Shown: in pieces, positions 40,649 through 51,648 of the stretch
Position numbering within the stretch: position 1 is the first letter of the stretch
How the letters are laid out: each line of letters opens with the position of its first letter
DNA from: an uncultured Actinomycetes bacterium
GTDB lineage: Bacteria > Actinomycetota > Thermoleophilia > RBG-16-64-13
Direction of reading: 5' to 3'
Assembly (NCBI GenBank): GCA_963829545.1
Contig: CAWHIX010000008.1
Coordinates: forward strand, 28,274-92,273
DNA length: 64,000 bases
Made by a program: the position numbers and the translations under genes
Notes under the pieces: model-generated
Database searches by the model: none
Told to the model about the DNA's origin: nothing
What the model saw: only the letters and a program-made list of their open reading frames with translations

Positions 40649-42536
40649 GTGGAGCAGTCGCCGCAAACGCATATTCTCGTCGTGGCGCGCCGGGACCCCC
40701 AGGAGCCCATCGGGGGGATGTTGAAGCGTGCCGGCTACGCCGTGACCTGGGCGGGCGACCTACCCGGCGGCGGCTCGTGCCATGGAACGGTCACCCTTCG
40801 ACCTCGTGGTCGCGCACGGCCCCTTCCTGGGGCACCCCATCTCAGAGAGGGTCAGGAGTCTGGCCGAGGAGCACGGTCTGCCCATGCTGACTCTGGATGG
40901 GTCGGAGAGCGATGACCCGGAAGCTCGGCGGCGTGCCCTGGCCGGCCGGGTCGAGGCTCTTCTCGCAGCGCGCCTGCCCGAACTCTGTGACGTTGCCGTC
41001 CTGGTTGTTGGAGATCTCTCTCTCGATCTCTCGCGCCACGCTGCCGTTGTCGGAGGTCGACCTCTCGTTCTCACGGCCCTGGAGTTCGATCTGCTGCGCC
41101 ATCTGGCGCGCCGTCCAGGCTGGGTCTGGAGCCGGCAGCAACTGCTGGAGCAGGTATGGGGGTACGAGGTCGGTGACCTGCGAGTGGTGACGGTCCATAT
41201 CGGTAACCTGCGCAGGAAGCTCCGCCGGGCCCGGCCAGGACGGACCTACATAGAGACCGTGAGGGGTGTCGGCTACCGTATGGCCGAGCTCGAGCCCGAA
41301 CCTCCGGCCCCAGCGTTTCGCGAAGGACTTTCGGGAGGCGTCGGCGCGCGGCAGGCGTCCCCCCGGATACGCGCCGATCACCCTCCCTTCGTGGGTCGGG
41401 AGGCCGAGATGGACGCCTTGACGAGCGCCCTGGCGGCCGCGGTCAGAGGTGAGGTCCGTGTGGTGGGTCTGGCCGGCGAGGCCGGGCTCGGCAAGACTCG
41501 TCTGGCGGAGGAGTTCTCGGGCTGCGTCGCGGAAGCCGGTCTTGGAGTCTGGTGGGGCAGTTGTCACATGGGCAGGGTCCGACCCGCCTATGAGCCCTGG
41601 GTCGATGTTCTGGAGGCCTGGGAGCGCGAGACAGGCCGGCGCTATGTCGAGCATGTGTTCCGGCGGGCGGCGGCCGAAAAGGCCCCCTCTCACCGAGAGG
41701 GAGGGCAGGCGCGCCTCCAGCTCTTCCACGAGTTGGCCGAGGTGGTCCGGATCAGAGCGGCCGAAAACGGGATCTGCCTCATATTCGAAGACCTCCACTG
41801 GGCCGACACGTCCTCACTTCTGGCGCTCCAGTATGTCGTGCGCCATCTTCGCGACGTGGCTCTGCTGCTGCTACTCACCTACCGACCTTTCGAGCGGTCA
41901 CCCGAATCCGGCCCCGGTCGGCTCCTCACCGACGTCATCGCCGAGGTCGCACGCAGCGATGAGGGATTTGTCCTTTCTCTGGCTCCGCTGTCCCGTGACG
42001 AAGTCGGCCAATTCGTCGAGCTGTTCGGGCTCGATCCGTCGGTCTCGGGCGCGGCCGACCTGAGCACGGAGGCCTACCAGCAGACGGAGGGCAACCCCTT
42101 CTTCCTCACTCAACTGATGCGGCTCCTCAGAGTGCGATCGGGGGGGTCCGAGGCGGGCATGCCTCGCCTGGGGCGGGACGAGGGCGTGCGCAGCGTCATC
42201 CTGCAGCAGACGTCCGCCCTCTCCGGACCGTGCCGGCGTTGGCTGGAAAGCGGCAGCGTGTGTGGACGGGAGTTCAGCGCGATCATCGCGGCGGAAGCGG
42301 CGGGTTTGGATCCGGCGGCGCTACCGGAGGTGATGGCGGAAGCCGGCGGTGCGCGGCTGATCACTTCTTGGGACGATGCCCCCGAACTGTGCTGCTTCGG
42401 TCACGGCCTCATCCAGGAGGTCCTCCGTGACGGGCTCGCTCCGGACGAGCGGGCGAGGTTGCAGGCAAAGGTGGCGACCATCCTCGAACGGCGATCACAA
42501 GCTGACGAGAGGCCTACCCACTACAGGCCTACCTGA
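40649..42536 (+). CDS. Degenerate receiver + OmpR-type winged helix + STAND/AAA ATPase protein (indel ~40765)
   Basis: LTALEFDLL..L, SRQQLLEQVWG, V.VHI.NLRRKL, IETVRGVGYR; then FVGRE.E, GEAGLGKTRL, FEDLHWAD, TEGNPFF. Confidence 0.85.
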
Positions 42537-42559
42537 GTCTTTATCGACTGCGGCGCCGG

Positions 42560-43057
42560 CTATTCCTCCGTGCTCTGGCCGGTGATGATCTCTATGGTCT
42601 GCATCTCCACGAAGGGACCCGCCTGGTAGACGCTGGCGTCCCGGGGGGTTCCTATCACGCTCACGTATTTGCCGTCGTAGGAGTTGATGGGCCCGGGGAT
42701 CTCGTTACTGGCGCCCAGTACGGCCACGATGTCGGCGTCGGCGGCTTCTGCCGGGTCCTTCGTGTCGACCACGGCCCAGAATCCTCCCTCCAGGTCACGG
42801 AAGGTGAGGATGCCGACGGCCTGCACCGTGCCGTCTTCCTGCTCGTGCATCCCCGGGTCGGGCACCTCTTCCGAGGACGACCCACCTGACGAGCCGTCAT
42901 CTTCAGAACCAGAGCCGTTCTCAGCCGCTGTGGTCTCCGTCTCGATCGTCCCGGCAGTCTCACCGTCGTCAGAGCAGGCAGACAGAACAAACGATGCCGA
43001 GAGCAGCAACGTAAGCAGCAGCAGAACGGCCAGTGCCGGCTTCCAGGTGGAACGCAT
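42560..43057 (-). CDS. Hypothetical lipoprotein
   Basis: LSAC lipobox, low-complexity linker, G.L.F.DLEGGFW. Confidence 0.72.
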   Translation of the reverse strand: MRSTWKPALAVLLLLTLLLSASFVLSACSDDGETAGTIETETTAAENGSGSEDDGSSGGSSSEEVPDPGMHEQEDGTVQAVGILTFRDLEGGFWAVVDTKDPAEAADADIVAVLGASNEIPGPINSYDGKYVSVIGTPRDASVYQAGPFVEMQTIEIITGQSTEE

Positions 43058-43140
43058 GGTCTCGACCTCCAGATTCATGTCGTATCATTGTCGCAGCAGT
43101 GCGCGTATGGGTCGGCTCGCGGGTAGCACAGGAGGCCACG

Positions 43141-43428
43141 ATGGCGAAGTGGGAATACAAGACGATCATCATGAACCGCACCGGCACCCACGAGGAGTTT
43201 AGCTACAACTGGACGTATGGTCCATGGGAAGCGATAGGCCTCGGCCCAAGCGGGAGACTCGCCCTTGCGGCAGGGCTGCAGGAGATGGGTCGGGACGGAT
43301 GGGAGTTGGTGGGGGTCGTTCCGACCGATGTCTGGGTCGAAGGCACCAGATCGGCCAACGCCTCCCACGGCGAGAGGACCATCTCCTACACGCTCCTGTT
43401 CAAGCGGCCGTTCGAAGAAGGCTCCTGA
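43141..43428 (+). CDS. DUF4177-like protein
   Basis: KWEYK...L.EMG.DGWELV...FKRP; AGGAGG RBS. Confidence 0.78.
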   Translation: MAKWEYKTIIMNRTGTHEEFSYNWTYGPWEAIGLGPSGRLALAAGLQEMGRDGWELVGVVPTDVWVEGTRSANASHGERTISYTLLFKRPFEEGS

Positions 43429-43448
43429 CCTTCAGGCTGAGCCTCAGG

Positions 43449-43706
43449 TCACTCCCGCGGCTCGTAGGTCCTTTCTGCCGTCTCGATGAACCGATCCTGG
43501 TCGAACGGGTCCAGGGGCGCTATGGGCATGCCCCAGGCCTTCATCCCTTCGGTGATCGCGCGGACTTCACTGGCCGCGATGCGCGACTTCCACTCCTCGT
43601 AGTCGCTCTCCAGGGTAGCGGGGACCTGCTCGTCCAACTCCTCCTTGGAGCGCGGCACCGTCCCCGTCGCCCGGTCCCACTCGCGCATGACGTCATAGGC
43701 GTCCAT
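43449..43706 (-). CDS. Hypothetical protein (85 aa)
   Basis: GAGGAGG RBS before MDAYDV; high-GC codon usage. Confidence 0.55.
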   Translation of the reverse strand: MDAYDVMREWDRATGTVPRSKEELDEQVPATLESDYEEWKSRIAASEVRAITEGMKAWGMPIAPLDPFDQDRFIETAERTYEPRE

Positions 43707-43876
43707 ACATCCCTCCTCTTTGTTCGACATTCTCAAGGTTAGCGCAATCGCGCCGCGGTGGCGATGCGACTGCATTCTCTCCCTCGCGAGCCGTGCGGTA
43801 GTATCTAGATGACGCCAGGTGACGCGCGACAGGTGACGCGCCGCAACAGTAGAAACGCCTGCGAAATGAGGCCCCC

Positions 43877-46425
43877 ATGCCAGTGTCCCAGCCGGCGGCC
43901 GGTGAAGCTGAAACAAAGGGCGGCGACATCCGTGTCGTCCCCGGGCGTTGTCACGAGTGCCACGTCCAGTGCGCCATGCTCGTCCACGTCCACGACGGCC
44001 ACGTGGTCAAGGTGGAGGGCGACCCCCGGTCGGTGAACCAGGGGACCCTCTGTGCCAGAGGGCTCGCCACCGTCCGCAATCTCTACCATCCGGAGCGTCT
44101 CGACTACCCGCTCATGCGCACGCGTCCCAAAGGCGACCCCGATCCGGGCTGGGTCCGCATCAGCTGGGACGAGGCCCTGGACAGGATCGCGACCCGGCTC
44201 AAGGAGATCCAGGCCGAGTACGGGGGACACGCCATCGCTATCGGCCAGGGCACCGGACGCTACACAGTCGCCCAGCACCTGCGCCTTAAGAACTCGCTGG
44301 GCTCGCCGAACACTCTCACTCCCAGCCATGTGTGTCGCGGCCCGAACGCGGCCGCGACGACTCTCTCGGTGGGACATCACCTACGGGGTGACTACCCCGC
44401 CTCGGCCTGCCAGGTCTATTGGGGCAAGAACGAGGCCTGGGCCCATCCCGCCTTCCTGATGCATGCCGTCATGGACAACATCGTCGAGCGGGGCTCCAAG
44501 GTGATCGTGGTCGACCCGCGGTACGAGCATCCTCTTGCCCACAAGGCCGATGTGTATCTGCCCGTGCGACCGGGGTCCGACGCAGCGCTCATGCTGAGTT
44601 GGATGAACGTCATCTTTGAGGAGGGTCTGTACGACGCCGACTTCCTGGCCGCGTGGACGAACGGGCCGGCACTGGTCTACGCCGACACCCTGGAACTGGT
44701 GAAGGAGGGCGACGTCTATTCGGAGGGCGAGAAGCGCGACTTCCTGCCCTATCCCGATTCGGTCGCCGACAGGCGCAACCGGCGGCCGCTCGTGGTGTGG
44801 GACGAGACCACCGGGTCCCCGCGACGGGCCGACGACGAGGGGACCAAGCCGGCCCTCTTCGGGACTTTCGATCTCGGCGGACGGGTCTGCAAGACCGTCC
44901 TTCAGGTCCTGCGCGAGCGCGCGGCTCAGTACTCACCGGAGAAGGCCGCCGGCATCTGCTGGACCGGTTCGGCCGACAAGATCCGCCAGGCGGCGCGTCT
45001 GTACGCCAGCAGTCCCTCCGCGTGCCTGCGACGTGGGCAGCTTCGGGATCCAGGGATTGGAGGGCGGCCACACAAACACCTTCGGCATCCTGAGGTCCCA
45101 CTTCTGTCTGGCGGCTCTCACGGGCAACATCAACCGTCCCGGCGGCGAGGTGGGCACCCCGAGCTGGCGCTGGATCGCCGGCGACTGGCATCGCGAGGGC
45201 GGGCCGCGCACCATGACCCCCTGGGGCGCCCCGGGAGACGATTTCGACCGCCTCATGGAGGGTCCCCACCCGCACGAACCGGCCCTGAACGAGTATCCGT
45301 TGCAGCCGGGTCTGACCTCCATGATCGACGCTTTTCGGTCCATGAAGACGGAGCGAACCCTATCCCATCAAGGCCTACGTGATGGTGCAGGGCAACCCGC
45401 TGGGGGGCTGGTGCGAGGACCAGCAGACGGTTCGCGAGGGCCTGCTGGCGCTGGACTTCCTCGTAGATATGGACCTCTACATCACACCCACCAACTCGCT
45501 GGCCGACATCGTGCTGCCGGCCGCGCTGGGGCCCTTCGAGCGGGGGCCCGACAAAGTGATCGAGCCGCTGTACGAGCGCTGGACCGACGAGAAGTTCTAC
45601 GTGGAACTGGGCCATCGACTGAATCCGGAGATGTGGCCCTGGGGCAGCGTGGAGGAGTGGAGCGAGTGGGCGGCGGCCGCCCGCGGTCGCGATTTCGCCG
45701 AGGCGGCCCAGGCAGGCTTCGCCGTGGAACGGGGAACTGTGGCTCCGCCACTGGACTTCTACCGGCGGATCGATCCTGCGACGGGCCGCCCGGTAGGGTT
45801 CGCCACTCCCACGGGGCGTCTCGAGATCTACAGCGTCCTGGCCTTCCAGCACGGTGTGGACCCGTTGCCCTACTACGAGGAGCCCGCGCAGAGCCCCTAC
45901 TCCGCGCCGGACCTGGCGCGCGACTATCCGTTGGTGCTGACGACCGGCGCGCGGCTCCCCGTCTACTACCACTCGCAGCACCGCAACAACCCTCTGCAGC
46001 GCGAACTGTTCCCGCAGCCGCAGGCGGAGATCAACACCCGCACGGCGGCCGAGTACGGCATCGCCGACGGGGACTGGATATGGATCGAGAGCAAGACCGG
46101 CAAGATCAGGATGCAGGCCCGGGTGACTCCGGGGCTGATTCCCGACGTGGTCTCCATGGCTCACGGCTGGTGGCAGGGCTGCGAGGAGCTGGGGCTACCG
46201 GGCTACGGTTGGGACGGCGCCAACGCCAACCTCCTCGTCTCCGGTGACGAGCACGACGCGGCGCTGGGCGTGCCGGCGGTGCGGTCGCAGCTTTGCAGGG
46301 TCTACAAGGCGGACGAGCCGCCCTTCGTATGGGAGCCGCCCTACTACGGCACCACCAAACCCGACCAGAGGCCCGGCGGCAGCGCCCCGGGGCCGGCGGC
46401 GGTCGTGGGAGAGGAGGGGCGATGA
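43877..46425 (+). CDS. Mo/W-bisPGD oxidoreductase catalytic subunit, acetylene-hydratase-like clade (indels ~45030, ~45357)
   Basis: CHECHVQC...LCARG 4Fe-4S motif, ERL.YPL.R, ISWDEALD, GTGR, GSPN....HVC, RPGSD, ADIVLPAA, TPTGRLEIYS, YPLVLTTG, HSQHR, HGWW. Confidence 0.92.
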
Positions 46426-46991
46426 CCAGGCGGGCCATCGTAGCCGATCTCGACCGCTGCACCGGCTGCCTCACCTGCGTGGTGGCCTGCAAGGAGGAGA
46501 ACCATCTGCCGGCCGGTATGTCGTTCATCCGTCTGGTCCAGGTGGGACCTCACGGTGACTTCCCCGAGCTTTCCATGTACTACCTGCCGGTGGCCTGTCA
46601 GCAATGCGACCGTCCCGCGTGCGCCGCGTCATGCCCGGAAGCTGCTATCGCGCGTACGGCGAGTGGGATCGTGGCCGTGGAGGCCGAGAAGTGCACCGGG
46701 TGTGGCGCCTGCGTGGAGGGCTGCCCCTACGGCGCCATAGTCTTCGATCCGGCGATGAACCTCGCGCGCAAGTGCGAACTCTGCGCGGCGACGGTACCGG
46801 CTGGCCGCGCGCCGGCATGCGTGGCCGCATGTCCCGGCAAGGCACTCCAGATCGTCGACGCCGATATCGAGCAGACCGAGGCGGTGGCCCCAGGAGAGCC
46901 GCGGAGCGCCTACGCCCTCAAGCCGGGCGCAGGCACGGAGCCGGTGGGCCGGTTCATCCTCGCGCGACAGGAGTGGCGCGACCTCTGCTAG
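46422..46991 (+). CDS. Multi-4Fe-4S electron-transfer subunit (DmsB-like)
   Basis: CTGCLTCVVACK, CQQCDRPAC...CP, CTGCGAC...CPYG, KCELC...PAC...CP. Confidence 0.93.
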   Translation: MTRRAIVADLDRCTGCLTCVVACKEENHLPAGMSFIRLVQVGPHGDFPELSMYYLPVACQQCDRPACAASCPEAAIARTASGIVAVEAEKCTGCGACVEGCPYGAIVFDPAMNLARKCELCAATVPAGRAPACVAACPGKALQIVDADIEQTEAVAPGEPRSAYALKPGAGTEPVGRFILARQEWRDLC

Positions 46992-47016
46992 GCGGCGCTG
47001 CGCCCGCCGGCCCGAC

Positions 47017-47448
47017 TTAAGAGGCGGCCGGCTCTATGTGGAACGAGGCCGTGATAGGCGTCGAGCCCTTGAGCATGGCCCACACCGGGCACAGCTGCTC
47101 TTCAGCTATGGTGAGCGCCCGTGACACGCTCTGGGCGTCGAGGTCAGACCCGGTGAGCGCGAAGTCCAGGGCGATCTCGGTGAGGACCGTGGGGTGCTCG
47201 TCACGCCGCTGTCCGCGCGCCGTCACCTGAAGGCCCGCGACTTTCTGCTTCATCCGCTCGAGCACCAGCACAAGGGTGCTACCGCTGCATACGGCCAGGC
47301 TGCTCAACAGCATCTGCAGAGGAGTGGGTCCGGCACCCGTCTCGCCAGGCCCGAGCGGGTAGTCAAGACAGACGGTGTGCGCGCCGGCCGTAGTCGAGAA
47401 ACACATCCCGCCCTGGTGGACGGCCTGAACAACCAACTCGCTCGACAT
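47017..47448 (-). CDS. OsmC family protein
   Basis: GPTPLQMLL.SLAVC, EHP.V.T.I, CPV. Confidence 0.9.
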   Translation of the reverse strand: MSSELVVQAVHQGGMCFSTTAGAHTVCLDYPLGPGETGAGPTPLQMLLSSLAVCSGSTLVLVLERMKQKVAGLQVTARGQRRDEHPTVLTEIALDFALTGSDLDAQSVSRALTIAEEQLCPVWAMLKGSTPITASFHIEPAAS

Positions 47449-47478
47449 GCGACCTCCTGATGCTCGGGTGTGATGCGG

Positions 47479-47955
47479 CTACCAGCTTAGCGTGCCCGGA
47501 CTGCCCTTGAACGGCCCTACGATCTCGCTTGTTATCCACCCTCCGTAGAAGTGGCCGGGCTGCGGGGTGACCTGCTCACCGTCCACAGTCACCTCGTCGA
47601 AGGCCCAGGCGTAGAATGCGATGTACCCTGCGATCTCTTCGTAGCCGGGGCTGGGGTAAGGATAGTACCAGGCTACGTTCTCACGCTTGACCCCGTTCAC
47701 CATCAGGGTGTAGTAGTGCGCCGTGCCCTTGTACTCACAGAAGCTGGTATGAGGACTGGGCACCAGGAACTCCACCATCACGTCCTCCGGGGGAAGGTAG
47801 TAGGTAGGGGGGTGGCTGGTCTCCAGGACTCTGATCGGCCGCCGCGTGTCGGCGATCGCACGGGCGCCGACGATCGCCCGGATATGCCGGTCGACCCGCT
47901 CAACGGCCGGCGGGCGCGGGTAGTCCCACACGGATTCCTTGGGGCGTTCGGTCAT
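47479..47955 (-). CDS. DUF427 family protein
   Basis: ESVWDYPRPP, VLETSHPPTYY.P, S.CEYKG, PQPG.FYGGWIT. Confidence 0.92.
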   Translation of the reverse strand: MTERPKESVWDYPRPPAVERVDRHIRAIVGARAIADTRRPIRVLETSHPPTYYLPPEDVMVEFLVPSPHTSFCEYKGTAHYYTLMVNGVKRENVAWYYPYPSPGYEEIAGYIAFYAWAFDEVTVDGEQVTPQPGHFYGGWITSEIVGPFKGSPGTLSW

Positions 47956-48073
47956 GGCGGTGCCAGGATCGGGGGATGTGTTCACTCGGCCAGCCTAGCA
48001 GCAAGGTCCGGGACATGCGCGCCGGCTGGAGGTGTAGACTCGGACCTACGTCAGCGACCGGAAGGAGCACTGT

Positions 48074-49495
48074 ATGGCATCCGGCGTCGAGAAGCTCAGC
48101 GCGCGCACCATCATCGTCGGCAGCGGACCGGGCGGGGCGACCGTGGCCCGCGGGCTCGCCCGCCGCGGCGAAGACGTCCTCATGCTGGAGCGGGGGGCCT
48201 ACCACAAGCGCATCGGCACCTGGCCCACGATGTTCCGCATGATGGACCGCATGGGCATGCTGACCTCGGTCGAGGGGACCATGATGGTCCGCCTGCTGAC
48301 AGTGGGGGGTAGCACTGTCACCTTCTGCGGAGTCGCGCTGCCTCCGCCGCCCTGGCTGAAGGAGCGCCACGGCATCGACCTGGCTCCGTACGTGGAGGAG
48401 ACGCAGGAGGAGCTCGGCCTGGCGCCTCTGCCCGAGCGTCTACTCGGCCAGGGGGCCCTTCGCGTGCAGGAAGCCGCGCGCAAGGAGGGCCTCGACTGGG
48501 CTCCGCTGCCCAAGTTCATCGATCCCGAGCTCTGCGACCTGTCCTGTCCCAAGTGCATGATCGGCTGCGCCAAGGGGGCCAAGTGGACCGCGCGCGAGTA
48601 TGTGGAGGATGCATTGGGCGGGGGCGCACGGCTGCGTACGCGCATGAAGGTCGAGGCGGTCCTCAGCGACGGCGGTCGGGTGACTGGCGTACGCGGCAGC
48701 GGTCCCTCGGGTCCGTTCGAGGCTGAAGCGGACCGGGTGGTCCTCTCCGCGGGTGGCATCGGCACGGCGGTCATCATGCAGGCCTCCGGCTTCAGCGACG
48801 CCGGCCGTGGCTTCTTCATCGACCCTCTGCAGCTGACCACGGCCATCTCTCCCTGGCAGGGAGCGTCGCACGACATCCCCATGACCTGTGGCACCACGGA
48901 CCTCGTGGACGAAGGCATCATCATGACCGACGTCATCGATCCCTGGCCGCTGTACATGTTCGGGCTGGCGATGGGCGGACCGCGCTCTCCTCGCTACTTT
49001 CTCCGCTATCCGCGAACCCTCAGCATCATGACCAAGGCGCGGGATCCGCTGACCGGCAGCATCTCGGCAGACGGCACCGTCTCCAAGCCTTTTGGTGCCA
49101 AGGAACAGGCCATGCTGCGCCGCGGCTCGCAGATCGCCTCGAGTATCCTGCGCCGGGCCGGCTGCGATACCTCCACCATCCAGTTAGCCGCGCCGCGCGG
49201 CGCTCACCCGGGTGGGACCGTGCGCATCGACGAGATGCTGGACCGGGACCTGCAGACCTCTGTAGCCGGCCTGTATGTGTGCGACGCGAGCGTCCTTCCG
49301 GAGCCCTGTGGTTGGCCGCCCGTGCTGACCATAATCTCTCTGGCCAAGAGACTGGTGAACGAGCAGTTCGCGGGCGGCGCGGCTGGCGTGACCGACGCCG
49401 CCGGTGTGGCTGCCGTGCCGCTGCCGCGGCAGACCGGCGCGTCGCCTCCGGCGACGGCGGCGGCGACGCCGACCGCCCAGGCCAAGGAGGCTTGA
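48074..49495 (+). CDS. GMC-family FAD oxidoreductase
   Basis: IVGSGPGG, LERG, VGGST, C..C..C..GC..GAKW, HPGGT, LYVCDAS. Confidence 0.88.
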   Translation: MASGVEKLSARTIIVGSGPGGATVARGLARRGEDVLMLERGAYHKRIGTWPTMFRMMDRMGMLTSVEGTMMVRLLTVGGSTVTFCGVALPPPPWLKERHGIDLAPYVEETQEELGLAPLPERLLGQGALRVQEAARKEGLDWAPLPKFIDPELCDLSCPKCMIGCAKGAKWTAREYVEDALGGGARLRTRMKVEAVLSDGGRVTGVRGSGPSGPFEAEADRVVLSAGGIGTAVIMQASGFSDAGRGFFIDPLQLTTAISPWQGASHDIPMTCGTTDLVDEGIIMTDVIDPWPLYMFGLAMGGPRSPRYFLRYPRTLSIMTKARDPLTGSISADGTVSKPFGAKEQAMLRRGSQIASSILRRAGCDTSTIQLAAPRGAHPGGTVRIDEMLDRDLQTSVAGLYVCDASVLPEPCGWPPVLTIISLAKRLVNEQFAGGAAGVTDAAGVAAVPLPRQTGASPPATAAATPTAQAKEA

Positions 49496-49497
49496 GC

Positions 49498-51579
49498 ATG
49501 GCGGCGAAGCCTCCGGTTCCCTGGCAAGTGCTGCTCGAACCCATTCGCATCGGTCCCCTGGTTGCGAAGAACCGCATCGAGGCGGCTCCCACGCTCACCT
49601 GTATCTGCAACAGAGACCAGTCCGTCACCCGGGAGTTGGTGGAGTTCTACCGGGTCCAGGCCAAGGGCGGGGCCGGGATCATCACCGTGCACGAGACGGC
49701 CGTCGACGCCGACCGGGCCATCACCCAACCGACTCAGCTCAACCTTGGGGACGACTTCTACATCCCCGGACTCGCGGCCGTTGCCGAGGTGATAAAGGAC
49801 GGAGGCGCGTTGGCCTCCATCCAGCTCAACCACGGCGGTCGTCAGGCGGTCTCCGAACTCAATGGCGGCCGCAACCCCATCGGGCCGTCCGCGCAGGTAG
49901 GCCGTTTCACCGAGGACCGTCGTCGCGGGGAACAGGTGGTGGAAGAGATGACGCCGGCCATGATCGACGAGGTCATCGACCACTTCGCGGCCGCCGCCTA
50001 TCGGGCCAAGCTGGCCGGCTTCGACATGGTCCAGATCCACGGGGGACACGGCTGGCTCATTTCCCAGTTCGTCTCTCCGGCCGTCAACAAGCGAACCGAT
50101 GAATACGGAGGCAGCCTGGAGAACCGCGCCCGCTTCGCGATCCGCGTGGTGGACGCCGTCCGGGAGCGTTGCGGCGCCGACTTCCCCATCGAGTGGCGCC
50201 TGAGCGCGAGCGACCTCGTCCCTGGGGGCCTGGAGATCGAGGACGCCGTAGAGTATGCGCGGCTTATGCAAGACCGCATCGACTGCTTTCAGGTCTCCGC
50301 GGGGATGATCTCCGAGCCTCGCACCTATCCGTACACTCACGCCTCGGTCTACCTGCCTCACGGCGAGAACGTGGAGCGGGCTGCGGCCATCAAGCGGGCG
50401 GTCACCAAGCCCGTTGCGGTTGTGGGCGCCATCATGGACCTGGAGGAGGGCGGCGAGTGGGTAGCCGCGGGCAAGGCCGACCTCGTCGCCATGTGCCGCG
50501 CCCTGCTGGCCGACCCCCAACTTCCCAACAAGACTTTCAGGGGGAAGAAGGACGAGATCATCCCCTGCATCCGCTGCAACACCTGTCTGGCGCGCGGTGT
50601 CCATATGAACCAGGTGCGGTGCACGGTCAATCCCCGCAGCGTGCGCGAGGATTACTATCGCTGCCTTCCATCCGCGGCCGTGCGGAAGAAGGTGGTGGTG
50701 GTCGGGGGCGGGCCGGCCGGCATGGTAGCAGGCATCACAGCGGCTGAGCGGGGGCACGAGGTGGTCCTCTTCGAGAAGGAGGGACGGCTGGGAGGCAACC
50801 TGTTGATCTCGTCGGGGCCGCCGTTCAAGTCCGACTACCGACGCTATCTCGACTATCTCCTCGTGCAGGTGGACCGCTGGGTGGAGCGCGGCGCCCTGGT
50901 CGTGCAGGCAGGCGTGGCCGGCACACCCGACCGAGTGTCGGCGGAGTCGCCGGACGTGCTGATCGTGGCCGCGGGAGCGGAACCTGTGTGGCCCGACGTC
51001 GTGGGGCTCAAGCGGGGCAACGTCTTCTGGGCCGGCGATGTTCTGCGGGGCGGTAACATCCTTTGCCAAGGTGCGGTGCTGGCGGCCGACGAGCCGCTGC
51101 GCGGCGGAGACGTGCTATGTGCCGGCGAGGCGCTTCTGGGCGTCCAGATGCCCGGCGGCCGCGTGGTGGTTGCGGGGAGCGGCGGTATGGGAAAGGAGGC
51201 CGCGTTGGCGCTGGCCCGAGAGGGGATGCAGGTGACCATCGTGGGCATCCCGGGCGGTTCGGAGCGGGATCAGACGGTCAACTTCCTGGATGTCATGGCG
51301 CTGGAGGACTGTCTTGCCGAGCGGGCCGTTGATATGAACTCCGCCTTCGTCCTCGACGAGGTGCACACGGATCGCGTCGTGACCCGGGGGCCCGGCGGCG
51401 AGCCGCTGATGTTGCCCGCGGACGCCGTCGTGGTGGCCACCGACCTCAGTCCGCGGGCCGACCTGGTCAAGAGACTGAGCGACGTGGCTGAGGACGTGCG
51501 CGTGGTCGGCGACTGTCGCAGTCCGCGCATCCTGTACCACGCCGTCCACGAGGGCTTCGAGGCGGCTATCGAGATATAG
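49498..51579 (+). CDS. Fe-S flavoenzyme of the NADH:flavin oxidoreductase (OYE/BaiCD/FadH-like) family
   Basis: AKGGAG, QLNHGGR, AGFDMVQIHGGHG, NKRTDEYGGSLENR, CIRCNTC..C.VNP, GGGPAG, VGDC. Confidence 0.93.
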   Translation: MAAKPPVPWQVLLEPIRIGPLVAKNRIEAAPTLTCICNRDQSVTRELVEFYRVQAKGGAGIITVHETAVDADRAITQPTQLNLGDDFYIPGLAAVAEVIKDGGALASIQLNHGGRQAVSELNGGRNPIGPSAQVGRFTEDRRRGEQVVEEMTPAMIDEVIDHFAAAAYRAKLAGFDMVQIHGGHGWLISQFVSPAVNKRTDEYGGSLENRARFAIRVVDAVRERCGADFPIEWRLSASDLVPGGLEIEDAVEYARLMQDRIDCFQVSAGMISEPRTYPYTHASVYLPHGENVERAAAIKRAVTKPVAVVGAIMDLEEGGEWVAAGKADLVAMCRALLADPQLPNKTFRGKKDEIIPCIRCNTCLARGVHMNQVRCTVNPRSVREDYYRCLPSAAVRKKVVVVGGGPAGMVAGITAAERGHEVVLFEKEGRLGGNLLISSGPPFKSDYRRYLDYLLVQVDRWVERGALVVQAGVAGTPDRVSAESPDVLIVAAGAEPVWPDVVGLKRGNVFWAGDVLRGGNILCQGAVLAADEPLRGGDVLCAGEALLGVQMPGGRVVVAGSGGMGKEAALALAREGMQVTIVGIPGGSERDQTVNFLDVMALEDCLAERAVDMNSAFVLDEVHTDRVVTRGPGGEPLMLPADAVVVATDLSPRADLVKRLSDVAEDVRVVGDCRSPRILYHAVHEGFEAAIEI

Positions 51580-51648
51580 GTAAGGCGGGTAGATCAAGCG
51601 GTCGCTGTGGCCTCGCGCCGACGGCCCATCCTCAAGGAGCGTGATGAC

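Noticed and set aside
43810-43900. Possible Moco/cobalamin riboswitch and a CAGGTGACGCGC direct repeat upstream of the Mo enzyme
   Set aside because: I could not build the conserved riboswitch helices. Two 12-bp copies are too little to assign a function.
45380-45382. TGA in the Mo-enzyme ORF as a possible Sec ligand
   Set aside because: It lies in an off-frame tail after an indel. The putative metal ligand is an ordinary Cys codon.
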